Positions 55,173 through 64,000 of a stretch of DNA of 64,000 nt are shown piece after piece. Positions within the stretch are counted from its first letter, which is position 1. Each line of letters starts with the position of its first letter. The stretch lies in NCBI GenBank assembly GCA_949283935.1, contig CASDUJ010000021.1, forward strand, positions 107,627 to 171,626, written 5' to 3'. Made by a program: the position numbers and the translations under genes. The notes under the pieces were generated by a model, which was not told where the DNA came from, searched no databases, and was given only the letters and a program-made list of their open reading frames with translations. Source of the stretch: an uncultured bacterium. Its GTDB lineage: Bacteria; Cyanobacteriota; Vampirovibrionia; Gastranaerophilales; JAILCC01.

Positions 55173-55316
55173 ATGTTAGCTGTTAAAACTAAGCCTATGA
55201 TGAGAACAATAAAAAAAGATAAAATTATTTGTTATCTTTTAAATGGAAAAAGAGATTACGAAAAAGAAAAAAAATTTGAAAAACTTTTAAACGATGTATT
55301 AAAAATGATTGAATAA
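55173..55316 (+). CDS. small Lys-rich protein (47 aa), not in the supplied ORF track
   Basis: AAGGAG lies 7 nt upstream of the ATG. The ORF reads MLAVKTKPMMRTIKKDKIICYLLNGKRDYEKEKKFEKLLNDVLKMIE and is followed within 5 nt by a strong hairpin terminator. Confidence 0.45.
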   Translation: MLAVKTKPMMRTIKKDKIICYLLNGKRDYEKEKKFEKLLNDVLKMIE

Positions 55317-55320
55317 ATAA

Positions 55321-55348
55321 AAAGCCGAAACAGTTGTGTTTCGGCTTT
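55321..55348. terminator. bidirectional rho-independent terminator
   Basis: aaagccgaaac / agttgt / gtttcggcttt (11-bp stem, 6-nt loop) with T-runs on both strands. It lies between the small ORF (+) and the skp-like gene (-). Confidence 0.7.
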
Positions 55349-55366
55349 TTATTGGTTTTGATATGA

Positions 55367-55828
55367 TTATTTAACTGCTTTTGTTATTTCATTTGTTATG
55401 TCTTCCCCTCCATAGAGAACTATACCTTTGGCTAAAACAATATCAAAGCCTTTAGCTTTTGCTTCCTTTTGAATTACAGTTGATATATCTTTGTCTATTT
55501 CTGCTAATTTTTTTGCGTAATTTTTATCAATTGCTTCTTTTTTGTCATTTAATTGTTTGTTGTACTTGGTTTCTAGTGATTTTCTTTTGTTTACGTCTGT
55601 TTCTTTATCTAAATTAGTTTTTGCTGTCACAACAAATTTTGTCAAATCTTCTATTTGTTTTTTATGTTCTGCTTTTAAATTATTAACAGCCTTAGAGCTT
55701 CCAACAACTTTTTGTACATCTACTGTTGCAATTTTGTAATTTGGCAAAGCGTCAGATACTGCAAAATTGTTTATGGCTAAACCTATTGTTAACGCACATA
55801 TTCCTGTCAAAATTAATTTTCCATTCAT
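55367..55828 (-). CDS. OmpH/Skp-family periplasmic chaperone
   Basis: Signal peptide, then KIATVDVQKVV...S.....L.....K...L, a long charged coiled arm, and a C-terminal G.DIVL......LYGG. About 150 aa. Confidence 0.75.
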   Translation of the reverse strand: MNGKLILTGICALTIGLAINNFAVSDALPNYKIATVDVQKVVGSSKAVNNLKAEHKKQIEDLTKFVVTAKTNLDKETDVNKRKSLETKYNKQLNDKKEAIDKNYAKKLAEIDKDISTVIQKEAKAKGFDIVLAKGIVLYGGEDITNEITKAVK

Positions 55829-55911
55829 AATTCTCTCCTCCTTATTTGCTTAAAAAGTGCAGGTAACTTCTTATCTGCACTTATAATAACATATTTATTT
55901 AAAATATAAAA

Positions 55912-56064
55912 TTATTTCAATGCTACTAACAAAGGGGCAAGTCCAAGTTCCTGTTGAACTTCTTTTGCTTTGTCCATGGCAAGAATTCTTCTCTTTTTGG
56001 CTGCTTTTAATATGAAACTTACTGAATTTGAATTTGTACTGTTATTTGAATAGTTTTTTATCAT
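55912..56064 (-). CDS. hypothetical small protein (50 aa)
   Basis: Start set at the ATG at 56064 after AGAGGA. Asn/Ser-rich then a basic helix. No motif recognised, so the gene itself is uncertain. Confidence 0.35.
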   Translation of the reverse strand: MIKNYSNNSTNSNSVSFILKAAKKRRILAMDKAKEVQQELGLAPLLVALK

Positions 56065-56159
56065 AATATTTCCTCTTGAATTTCTTATCCAATTTATCGA
56101 CATATTTGATAATAAACTTTAGTTTTTTAAGTAAAATGTTACAATAAATTTACAAAATT

Positions 56160-57371
56160 TTATGTGACAATTTTTTTTGTTTCGCTTATAAATTCTTCTT
56201 CATCTGCAGGCAAGTATTTTTCAGGTATTTTTTTTACAGGTGTTAAACCAAATGATATAAATTTATCAACTAAACTTGTTAAACCTCCTTTACCTGATAA
56301 AGGAGACATTACCTCCGCAAAATAGTCTTCTATTGCTGTAAAACGATTCTTTAAAATTTCAATCTTTTCAATAAGTATTCTGCACTTTGAATACATGCTT
56401 TCACCAAGTTTAAGAATTTGTGCTATGTTTTCTGCTTGATTTTTTTGCGCCCAACAATAATTTATTATTCTTAATGTTGCTAAAAGTGTAGAAGGACCTA
56501 CAATTATTACATTTCTTGAGTTAGCATGTTCCAAAAGTTTTGTGTTACATAAAATATAACTTAAAATTCCTTCTATAGGAATAAACATAAGTTTGAAATC
56601 AGGTGTGTTAAGACCATCTAGATTATTGTATTTGTTTCCTAAAGAATCAGACATTTTTTCTACTTGGTTGTAAAAATTTTTTAGATATTTTTGTTTTTCT
56701 TCTTCATTTTCACAATTGGCAAATTCTTTAAAATCGTTCAATGCTAATTTTGAATCTATTATGATGTGTTTGTTATCGGGAAAGAAAACAATTGCATCAG
56801 GTCTTACTAAAGGAGCAGTAGGATTATCTAAATCTCTATAGCCTGTTTGTGTTATGTAATTACCTTCTTCTCCAAAATCATTTTTATTTTTGAGCCCTGA
56901 AGCTTTTAAAATATTTTCTAAAATAATTTCTCCAAATTCTCCACGTGATTGAGCATTTTCCTTTAAAGCTTTGGTAAGTTCATTAGCTGTGTTTTTTATA
57001 ATTTTGTTTTCATTTAATAGTGTTTCTATTTGTGTTTTGATTGTTACGGTATTATTGGCCCCTTCTTTTGAGAAGTCTTCCAATCTTTTTCTAAATGCTT
57101 CAATATTTTGGTTGAGTGGCTCTAAAATTTTGGAATTTTCTTTGGCTAAATCTGATTGCTTTTCTATAATAGCTTTATTCGCAATATTTGTAAATTGCTC
57201 TTTTACTATTTCTTCTATATTTTGATATGATTTTATTATTTCTTCTTTGTTCTTAAGTTGTTCTTTTGTTTTTACTAATTCTAATTTTGATTTTTCCGAA
57301 GATAATTTACCCAACAAAAAACCTATTACAAAACCTAAAATTATTGCAAAAAGTAAATAAATATATTCCAT
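56160..57371 (-). CDS. rmuC: DNA recombination protein RmuC
   Basis: N-terminal TM, a long coiled coil, then the RmuC nuclease-like core (RGEFGEIILENIL...PDAIVFFPDNKHIIIDSK...MFIPIEG). Confidence 0.85.
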   Translation of the reverse strand: MEYIYLLFAIILGFVIGFLLGKLSSEKSKLELVKTKEQLKNKEEIIKSYQNIEEIVKEQFTNIANKAIIEKQSDLAKENSKILEPLNQNIEAFRKRLEDFSKEGANNTVTIKTQIETLLNENKIIKNTANELTKALKENAQSRGEFGEIILENILKASGLKNKNDFGEEGNYITQTGYRDLDNPTAPLVRPDAIVFFPDNKHIIIDSKLALNDFKEFANCENEEEKQKYLKNFYNQVEKMSDSLGNKYNNLDGLNTPDFKLMFIPIEGILSYILCNTKLLEHANSRNVIIVGPSTLLATLRIINYCWAQKNQAENIAQILKLGESMYSKCRILIEKIEILKNRFTAIEDYFAEVMSPLSGKGGLTSLVDKFISFGLTPVKKIPEKYLPADEEEFISETKKIVT

Positions 57372-57380
57372 AAAATTCTC

Positions 57381-57917
57381 CTAAATAAATATTATATTAC
57401 TAATAGTTACAGCCGCTAAAATTCCTGCTATATCAGCTATTAGTCCTGCCCATAAAGCATGGCGGAATTTTGTTATGCCTACGGAACCAAAATATACAGT
57501 TAATACGTAAAATGTAGTTTCACTACAACCTACCATAACTGCTGCCATTTTGGCTATAAAACTGTTTGCTCCATGCTCAGAAGCAATTTCTGCCATAATA
57601 CCTAAAGCACCACTGCCTGAAAGTGGACGAATTATCGCCAGAGGTAGTAATTCTGCAGGCATACCTATTTTGTTAAGAATAGGAGCCAACAATGCTGTTA
57701 GTATATCTATGGCTCCAGATGCTCGAAACATTCCAATAGCTACAAGAATTGCAACAAGATAAGGAATTATCATTACTCCTACCTTGAAACCTTCTTTCGC
57801 TCCCGATACAAATGTTTCGTATATTGAAACTTTTTTAAATAATGCATAAATAAGAATTACTAATAAAATAACAGGTATTGTGTAGAGAGAAATACAATTT
57901 AAAAATTCTTTAATCAT
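57381..57917 (-). CDS. spmB: nucleoside-recognition-domain membrane protein (SpmB-like)
   Basis: 178-aa polytopic protein, ...IRPLSGSGALG..., paired with an upstream SpmA-like gene with overlapping ends. Confidence 0.7.
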   Translation of the reverse strand: MIKEFLNCISLYTIPVILLVILIYALFKKVSIYETFVSGAKEGFKVGVMIIPYLVAILVAIGMFRASGAIDILTALLAPILNKIGMPAELLPLAIIRPLSGSGALGIMAEIASEHGANSFIAKMAAVMVGCSETTFYVLTVYFGSVGITKFRHALWAGLIADIAGILAAVTISNIIFI

Positions 57918-58512
57918 TTTCCTCTCCTACAGACTTTACGGGGAAAAAATTTTGTAAAATTTTTACTGCTATTATTGCAATAATAGTTCCGAATAAAGTT
58001 ATTAATATTGTAGGTCCAACTATTTCACTTGGATTTTTTGAACCTGTTGCAACTAATATAGCAATCACAGATGCAGGTACAATTTGAAAACCTGCTGTAT
58101 TTATAGCGAGAAAAGTTGCCATGGAATTTGTTGCAGTATCTTTTTGTTTATTTAATGTTTGCATTTCTTGCATAGCTTTAATTCCAATAGGTGTTGCTGC
58201 ATTTGTTACTCCTAGTGCATTAGCAGAAATATTCATCGCAATATTTCCTAATGCAGAATGTCCTTTTGGAATTTCAGGAAAAAGCCAGTTCGTTATTGGT
58301 TCTACAAGTTTTGCTATAAATTTTATAATTCCTGATTTTTCTGCCAGTTTTACTATTCCAAGCCAAAATGCCATAATTCCTATTAAAGAAATTGATATTT
58401 CTACTCCTAATTTTGCATTGTCTATAATTGCCTGCGTAACTTCTTGTATTCTTCCGTTTATAATCGCTACAATTATCGAAACTACTATTAAAAATACCCA
58501 AATGTATCCCAT
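57910..58512 (-). CDS. spmA: nucleoside-recognition-domain membrane protein (SpmA-like)
   Basis: About 200-aa polytopic protein, ...NISANALGVTNAATPIGIKAM... Start moved to MGYIWVF (ATG at 58512 after GGTGAGG). Confidence 0.7.
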   Translation of the reverse strand: MGYIWVFLIVVSIIVAIINGRIQEVTQAIIDNAKLGVEISISLIGIMAFWLGIVKLAEKSGIIKFIAKLVEPITNWLFPEIPKGHSALGNIAMNISANALGVTNAATPIGIKAMQEMQTLNKQKDTATNSMATFLAINTAGFQIVPASVIAILVATGSKNPSEIVGPTILITLFGTIIAIIAVKILQNFFPVKSVGEEND

Positions 58513-58551
58513 ATAAACCTCACCCAGTTTCACTTATTATATACAAAACAT

Positions 58552-59535
58552 TTAAACTGTAGTATCCATGTTCTCGATTTGTTCAGGAGTAAGTTCTTCC
58601 ATTCCATCCGGAGTAATAAGATTTGATGTATCTTTGTAATTTGCCAAATATATAAATTTGTATAGCATAAATGGATTAAATGAACGACTTCCTTCAGAAA
58701 GCATAATTTTGATTGCTTCGTGTGATGGAATAGCTTTTTTGTAAACTCTTTGAGAAACTAGTGCATCGTATACATCGCAAATAGCTGCTACTTGAGCATA
58801 TAAATGAATTTCTTTCCCTTTTAAGCCATGAGGATAACCAAGACCTCCATATTTTTCTTGATGTTCAAGCGCAACTCTAGCTATATCTTCTGGTAATCTT
58901 AGTTCTTTTTTTATAATATCGTAACCATAAATTGTGTGGTTTTTCATTTCATTAAATTCTTCAGGCGTAAGTTTATCAGGCTTGTTTAAAATTGCTTTTG
59001 ATACTCTCATTTTGCCAATGTCGTGTAACAATCCACCGAGAGCCAATTTTTTCAAATCCTCTTCGCTAAAACCTAACATAATTCCTAAAGCAGAACACAT
59101 AGACGAAACGTTGACTGTGTGTGAATAAGTATAATGATCAAATACTCTAAGCTGACCTATACATTCTGCTTTGTCAAGTTTGTCTGTAACTTCATCTAAT
59201 ATGATATCTCGTGTAGCTTCGCAAATGTTTATATCTGGTTTTTTTCCATCTAGTGCATCGTAAAGAATCTTTTTTGTGTTACCTACTAAATTTTCTGTAA
59301 CATCATCCGGTATAATAGATTTTATTTCAGGTTCGCCTACTAATTCATAATCATCGTCAATTAATTTAGTTTTCTTTTTTTCAGGTTGTATAAATAACTG
59401 CATATAGTTCATTTGCATAACCAAACTAGGATTAAGCTGTGTACCTACAGGGTACAAAAGCTCTCCGTTGATATTATACAAATCAACATCTAATATAGTT
59501 TTCCCTACAAGTTCAAGTGCTGATATTCGCTTCAT
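58552..59535 (-). CDS. HD-GYP domain protein with uncharacterised N-terminal domain
   Basis: GGLLHDIGKM and EHQEKYGGLGYPHGLKG motifs. The N-terminal about 130 aa has no recognised motif. Confidence 0.8.
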   Translation of the reverse strand: MKRISALELVGKTILDVDLYNINGELLYPVGTQLNPSLVMQMNYMQLFIQPEKKKTKLIDDDYELVGEPEIKSIIPDDVTENLVGNTKKILYDALDGKKPDINICEATRDIILDEVTDKLDKAECIGQLRVFDHYTYSHTVNVSSMCSALGIMLGFSEEDLKKLALGGLLHDIGKMRVSKAILNKPDKLTPEEFNEMKNHTIYGYDIIKKELRLPEDIARVALEHQEKYGGLGYPHGLKGKEIHLYAQVAAICDVYDALVSQRVYKKAIPSHEAIKIMLSEGSRSFNPFMLYKFIYLANYKDTSNLITPDGMEELTPEQIENMDTTV

Positions 59536-59594
59536 GATTTTTTTCTTCTCTAACTATTACTATCATACACCGTATTTAATTTATAAACAACAAT

Positions 59595-60521
59595 TTATAA
59601 GAATTTTGCGCCATTTGTTTCTACATTTACTGTTTTTAATTCTACTTTTACGCTATATTCTTCCCAAGTATCTTTTATGATATTTTTAATTTCATCTGTA
59701 TTTGAACCTTGCGTAATTACTACTATTCCAGGACCTGCACCACTCAATGCTGTACCTAAAACATTTTCTGTGTGACGTAAATTTTTCATTATTTCATCTA
59801 ATCCTGGTACTAATTTAGTTCTGTATGGTTGATGAAGTTTATCTTGCATTCCTAATTTGAAAAGTTTTGCATCTTGTTTGTTTATTGCCTCAACCATCAT
59901 TGCCGTTCTTCTTGCGTTAAATGCAGCATCTTTCAAACTAATCATTTCAGGTAAAACTGAACGAGAAATAGATGTGGGTAGCTCGAAATCAGGTACGCAC
60001 ATTGTAATTTTCCAATCTTCAGGCCATGGTAATTTTCTGGTTGTAACACTTCCATCTATTTCTACAGAAGAAAGTACAAAACCTCCAAGCATCGCTGCTG
60101 CAATATTGTCCGGATGTCCTTCTATTTCTGTAGCAATAGAGATTAACGTAGCTTCGTCTGCTGGTGAACCTAACAATTCATTGGTAGCCATTAAACCTCC
60201 AACTATTACAGAAGCTGAACTACCAAAGCCTCTTGCTAATGGAATGTCAGAATATATATTTATTCGCATTGAATTTGGAGTCTGCCCAATGTATGTAAAC
60301 AATAAATCAACTGCTTTGTACACAATATTGCTTTCATCTGTAGGTATATGAAATTCACTTATGTCAAATTCATCAGAAAAAACATTTATTTGTATTCCTT
60401 CATTTGGATCAACTAGTTCTTCTATTGTAACTGTATTGTGTATTGGTAACGCAAGACCAAAACAATCAAATCCAGGCCCCAAATTTGCGGAAGTTGCTGG
60501 TACTTTTACACTAACTTTCAC
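59595..60521 (-). CDS. thrB: homoserine kinase
   Basis: VKVPATSANLGPGFDCFGLAL and the GHMP motif PLARGFGSSASVIVGG. Confidence 0.9.
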   Translation of the reverse strand: MKVSVKVPATSANLGPGFDCFGLALPIHNTVTIEELVDPNEGIQINVFSDEFDISEFHIPTDESNIVYKAVDLLFTYIGQTPNSMRINIYSDIPLARGFGSSASVIVGGLMATNELLGSPADEATLISIATEIEGHPDNIAAAMLGGFVLSSVEIDGSVTTRKLPWPEDWKITMCVPDFELPTSISRSVLPEMISLKDAAFNARRTAMMVEAINKQDAKLFKLGMQDKLHQPYRTKLVPGLDEIMKNLRHTENVLGTALSGAGPGIVVITQGSNTDEIKNIIKDTWEEYSVKVELKTVNVETNGAKFL

Positions 60522-63178
60522 TATTCTTTCCCTTTATTATTATTTATATATTTTTCTTCTGCTACAATGCTCATTACGTAAGGCTGACTAAAGTATTTAT
60601 TTGCAACATCAAGTATATCTTGAACACTTACTTTTTGTATTAACTCCGGATAATCATAACTGAAACTGTAGCCTTTGTCAAAAAATTCATAATATCCATT
60701 CAAATAAGCTTTTGACATATTTGTTTCGGTGGCTAGTTTAATCCTTCCTACTAGCATTGTTTTTAAATCACATAGTTCTTTTTGGCTTATGTATTTGCTT
60801 TTTAGTTGATTTATTTCTCGTGCAAATTCTTTTTCAATTTCATCTAAATTTTCTGGATTTGTTCCTATATACATAAAAATAATTCCACTGTTAAAATTAC
60901 TTCCTGAAGATGCTCCGACTTCATAAGCTAGACCTTTATTTTCTCTTAAATTAGTAAATAATTGTGAAGAAAATCCCGAACCTAAATATGTACTTATTAC
61001 TTTTAATGTTACAAAATCATTTGTACTTAATCCTTTTGTTTGCCATCCTTGTATTAACCAAGAGCCTTTTGCATTTTTCCCCTCTTTTTTTATTATATTA
61101 TTTTCAAGAGGAGATAAATTTGCTTTTAAAATTTCTAAATTAATTGCTTCGTGACCTTTTGGATTAGTTAAAGTTGAAAATTTGTTAATTATATCATTAT
61201 CATCAAAATTTCCTGCAATACTTATAACCATATTTTCTGCAGCAAAAATTTTTTTGTGTAAGTTCTCTATATCTTCTTTGTTAATATTAGGAATAGATTT
61301 TTCTAGTATTTTACCGGTTTTTAAAAATGGCGAGTTAGCGTATATTCCTTCGTAAAAATTTTCAAATGCTAAATTTTGTGGATTATCTCTGGCTGCTATT
61401 ATGTTGTTTATTGCATCTTTTTTGGCATTGGTTATATCTTTTTCATCAAATGCTGGTTCTTCTAAAATCTCTTTTAATAAAAGAAATGCTTGATTTAAGT
61501 CTGCTTTTGTAGTTTTCATAGAAATTTCAAAATATTCAAAATTGTCTGCAACTGAAATGTTTGTTCCTATGTTATCTAGGGCATCTTCTAATTCTTTACC
61601 ACTCCTTGATTTGGTTCCTTTCATAATTGTATTTGCAAGTAAACTTGCTGTTCCATCTTTTTCTTCTATAACAGATCCGCCTTTTAAAAATATCTTTATT
61701 CCTATTACGTTGTTGGAGTCAGTTTTTTCTGCTAGTAAGGTGGCGCCATTTTTTAGTTTATATTTTTTTATGTTTTTGTGTTCGCTTATTAGCTTTGCGT
61801 CAATTTTATTTCTATTGTTTATTTCTATTATTTTATTGCTTTGAGAAATCTTTGTGCTTTTTTTAGGTAGTAAAACAGATAATGCTTGATTTTCTTCAAT
61901 AAAATATTTTTTTATTGTTTGTTGAATAAATTCAGAATCTATGCTTTCTATTGTAGGAATGTAATTGCAATAGTCTTTTATTCCATTTCCAACTGCAACA
62001 TCATATCCTAACATATTAGCGATATTTGCTATTCCTTCATTTGCATATTCATATTGTCTTTTTATTGAGTTTTTTACCATTTTTAATTTGTTTTCATCTA
62101 TTGGTTTTTGTTTTAAATTATTTAATTCTGTTTTAATTTTTTGTAGTATTTTGCTGTAATTTTGAGGTTCAAAATTACTACTTACGTAAAATACTCCTCC
62201 ATCTTTAAGTTCGTAGTTCCCTGCTGTTGCATCTATAATAAGATTTTCCTCTTCTTTTAAAACCTTGTACAATATTGAATTTTGTCCACCACTTAATATT
62301 GATGCTACTATGTCAAGAGCGTATGCTTCTTTTAAATTATTTATGCCAACAGTGGGGTAGCCTATTACCATATATCCTGTGTCAATATCAGATTTTTCAA
62401 TTATTGTTTGATTTTTTATTTTTCTAGGTGTTGGAGCCTCGGGCCCGTTTGTTTTTAATTCTTTGTTTGGCAGAGAATTTGTACATTTAAAGTTTTTTGC
62501 AATTTTAGGCAGTATTTTTTCTGCTTCTACATCTCCTACAACTACCGTAACCATATTTGATGGTTTGTACCAATGATTATGAAATGCTAGGATTTCATCT
62601 CTAGAAATACTTGATATTATTTCATTTGTTCCTAAAATTTTACGACTGTATGAATTTCCGTTAAAAATTATATTAAGAAAGTTATCAAAAACTTTGTTTT
62701 CTGGATTATCCATAGAACGTGTAATTTCTTCTAAAACTACTTTTCTTTCCATTTCAAGTTCATTTTCCGGAATCGCTATGTTTAACAACATATCTGAATG
62801 GTATGATAGGGCATCATCTATATGTTTGCTATCTATTTTTATATAATAATGAGTGTAATCTCTGCTTGTTGCTGCGTTAAAAATTCCACCTTTGCTCTCA
62901 ATTGCTTTTTCAAATTCGCCTCTTTTATGTTTTGTTGTCCCTTTGAAAAATAAATGCTCCAAAAAATGTGCTACACCATTGTTTTTATCATTTTCATTAA
63001 CTGAACCTGTTTTTATAAATGTGTCTATTATTACTATGGGATTATCTTTTACTTCTTTAATTATCACTGTTTGACCATTACGTAATGTGTATTGACTTAA
63101 ATTATCGCAAATTGCTCCATATGTACTTTGAGCAAAAAATATGATTCCAAAAAATAAAAATATAATGATTTTTCTCAT
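60521..63178 (-). CDS. secreted double-module M16 (pitrilysin/insulinase) family zinc peptidase
   Basis: Signal peptide MRKIIIFLFFGIIFFAQSTYG, the inverted zinc motif HFLEHLFFKG and a second M16-like half. Start moved to Met-6 of the tracked ORF. Confidence 0.8.
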   Translation of the reverse strand: MRKIIIFLFFGIIFFAQSTYGAICDNLSQYTLRNGQTVIIKEVKDNPIVIIDTFIKTGSVNENDKNNGVAHFLEHLFFKGTTKHKRGEFEKAIESKGGIFNAATSRDYTHYYIKIDSKHIDDALSYHSDMLLNIAIPENELEMERKVVLEEITRSMDNPENKVFDNFLNIIFNGNSYSRKILGTNEIISSISRDEILAFHNHWYKPSNMVTVVVGDVEAEKILPKIAKNFKCTNSLPNKELKTNGPEAPTPRKIKNQTIIEKSDIDTGYMVIGYPTVGINNLKEAYALDIVASILSGGQNSILYKVLKEEENLIIDATAGNYELKDGGVFYVSSNFEPQNYSKILQKIKTELNNLKQKPIDENKLKMVKNSIKRQYEYANEGIANIANMLGYDVAVGNGIKDYCNYIPTIESIDSEFIQQTIKKYFIEENQALSVLLPKKSTKISQSNKIIEINNRNKIDAKLISEHKNIKKYKLKNGATLLAEKTDSNNVIGIKIFLKGGSVIEEKDGTASLLANTIMKGTKSRSGKELEDALDNIGTNISVADNFEYFEISMKTTKADLNQAFLLLKEILEEPAFDEKDITNAKKDAINNIIAARDNPQNLAFENFYEGIYANSPFLKTGKILEKSIPNINKEDIENLHKKIFAAENMVISIAGNFDDNDIINKFSTLTNPKGHEAINLEILKANLSPLENNIIKKEGKNAKGSWLIQGWQTKGLSTNDFVTLKVISTYLGSGFSSQLFTNLRENKGLAYEVGASSGSNFNSGIIFMYIGTNPENLDEIEKEFAREINQLKSKYISQKELCDLKTMLVGRIKLATETNMSKAYLNGYYEFFDKGYSFSYDYPELIQKVSVQDILDVANKYFSQPYVMSIVAEEKYINNNKGKE

Positions 63179-63265
63179 CAGTAAACCTCTCATTTGTAAG
63201 TCAAATTTTCCTTCATTCTACTATACAAATAAATTATATAAAAATCACCCTGTTGCGGGATTTTA

Positions 63266-63916
63266 TTAACTTTTACATTCCCATTCACTAAAAAATTTTT
63301 TAAGAAATTTTTTCATAAAAATTTGTCTATTATGTGCAAGCTCTATCCCTTTTTTTGTGTTCATTTGTTCTGATAGAAGTAGTAATTTTTCGTAAAAATG
63401 GTTAATTGATGTGCTTTTTGAATTTTTATATTCTTCAAAACTATTATGAAGTTTTGGTTTAATTTCGGGATTGTATATTTCTTGTTTTACGTATGCTCCA
63501 TATGCAAATGTTCTTGCAATTCCTATTGCTCCAATTGCATCTAATCTATCTGCATCTTGTACTATTTTTCCTTCTATAGTTTTCATAGGAGTTTTTACTT
63601 TTGCGCCTTTGAATGATATTGTTTTTATTATTTCTGTAATTTTTTTTGTAATTTTATCTTCAATTTTAATGCTTTTTAAAAATTCTTCTGCTATTTCACA
63701 TCCTATATTTTCATTTCCATTGTTAAATTTCCAATCCGATATATCATGCAAAAGTGCAGAAAGTTCCACTATTAATCTGTTAGCAGATTGTTCTGTTCTT
63801 AAGATTAATTTAGAATTTTGCCAGACTCTGTATGCATGCCACCAGTCATGACCAGTTATTTCGCCTGATAATTTATTTTTTACAAATTTTATTGTTTCTT
63901 CTATATATTTTTCCAT
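63266..63916 (-). CDS. HD-domain phosphohydrolase
   Basis: HDWWHAYRV, LLHDISDWK and DADRLDAIG are the H...HD...D metal ligands of the HD superfamily. Confidence 0.75.
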   Translation of the reverse strand: MEKYIEETIKFVKNKLSGEITGHDWWHAYRVWQNSKLILRTEQSANRLIVELSALLHDISDWKFNNGNENIGCEIAEEFLKSIKIEDKITKKITEIIKTISFKGAKVKTPMKTIEGKIVQDADRLDAIGAIGIARTFAYGAYVKQEIYNPEIKPKLHNSFEEYKNSKSTSINHFYEKLLLLSEQMNTKKGIELAHNRQIFMKKFLKKFFSEWECKS

Positions 63917-64000
63917 GTATTTCCCTGATTTCTCTACTATAAAGATTTTATGCGCTCTATTAAAGATTTTGTTGCTCTTGGGCCTATAACTTCTGATAGT

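Overview
Strongly AT-rich, densely coded bacterial chromosomal window with about 70 genes and few intergenic gaps over 200 bp. I see no rRNA, CRISPR array, transposase or integrase.

Most of the content is housekeeping:
- gcvT-gcvH-gcvPA, yidC-mnmE, typA, recO, apt, ruvX, crcB, thrB and rmuC
- nrdDG behind a compact cobalamin-riboswitch-like leader
- one tRNA-His

The SLH-domain protein, Skp/OmpH, LolA-like carrier and MMPL exporter, together with NrdDG, a ferredoxin-nitroreductase and a radical SAM gene, suggest an anaerobic diderm. A tail-less SSB and a Ycf45-like AAA+R3H protein hint at a Melainabacteria-like cyanobacterial relative. That is an unverified guess that needs a database search.

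Loci worth a second look:
1. 1-2695: translationally coupled genes that combine type IV prepilin leaders with tail-fibre-like bodies and self-cleaving Peptidase S74 chaperone domains.
2. 45707-53107: an aryl-polyene-like lipid loading and export cluster (thioesterase, two ACPs, membrane protein, adenylase-dehydratase fusion, thioesterase, LolA-like, MMPL, LPLAT) with no ketosynthase or ketoreductase.
3. 29601-29879: six near-identical in-frame 45-bp repeats inside an orphan gene that sits next to an ECF sigma/anti-sigma pair and an XRE regulator.
4. 38453-40425: a stand-alone ClpX-type zinc ribbon coupled to a 556-aa unknown protein.
5. 5897-6967: an HD-GYP response regulator whose receiver has Asn at the phospho-acceptor position.

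All calls come from reading motifs in the supplied translations and the DNA. No searches were run.
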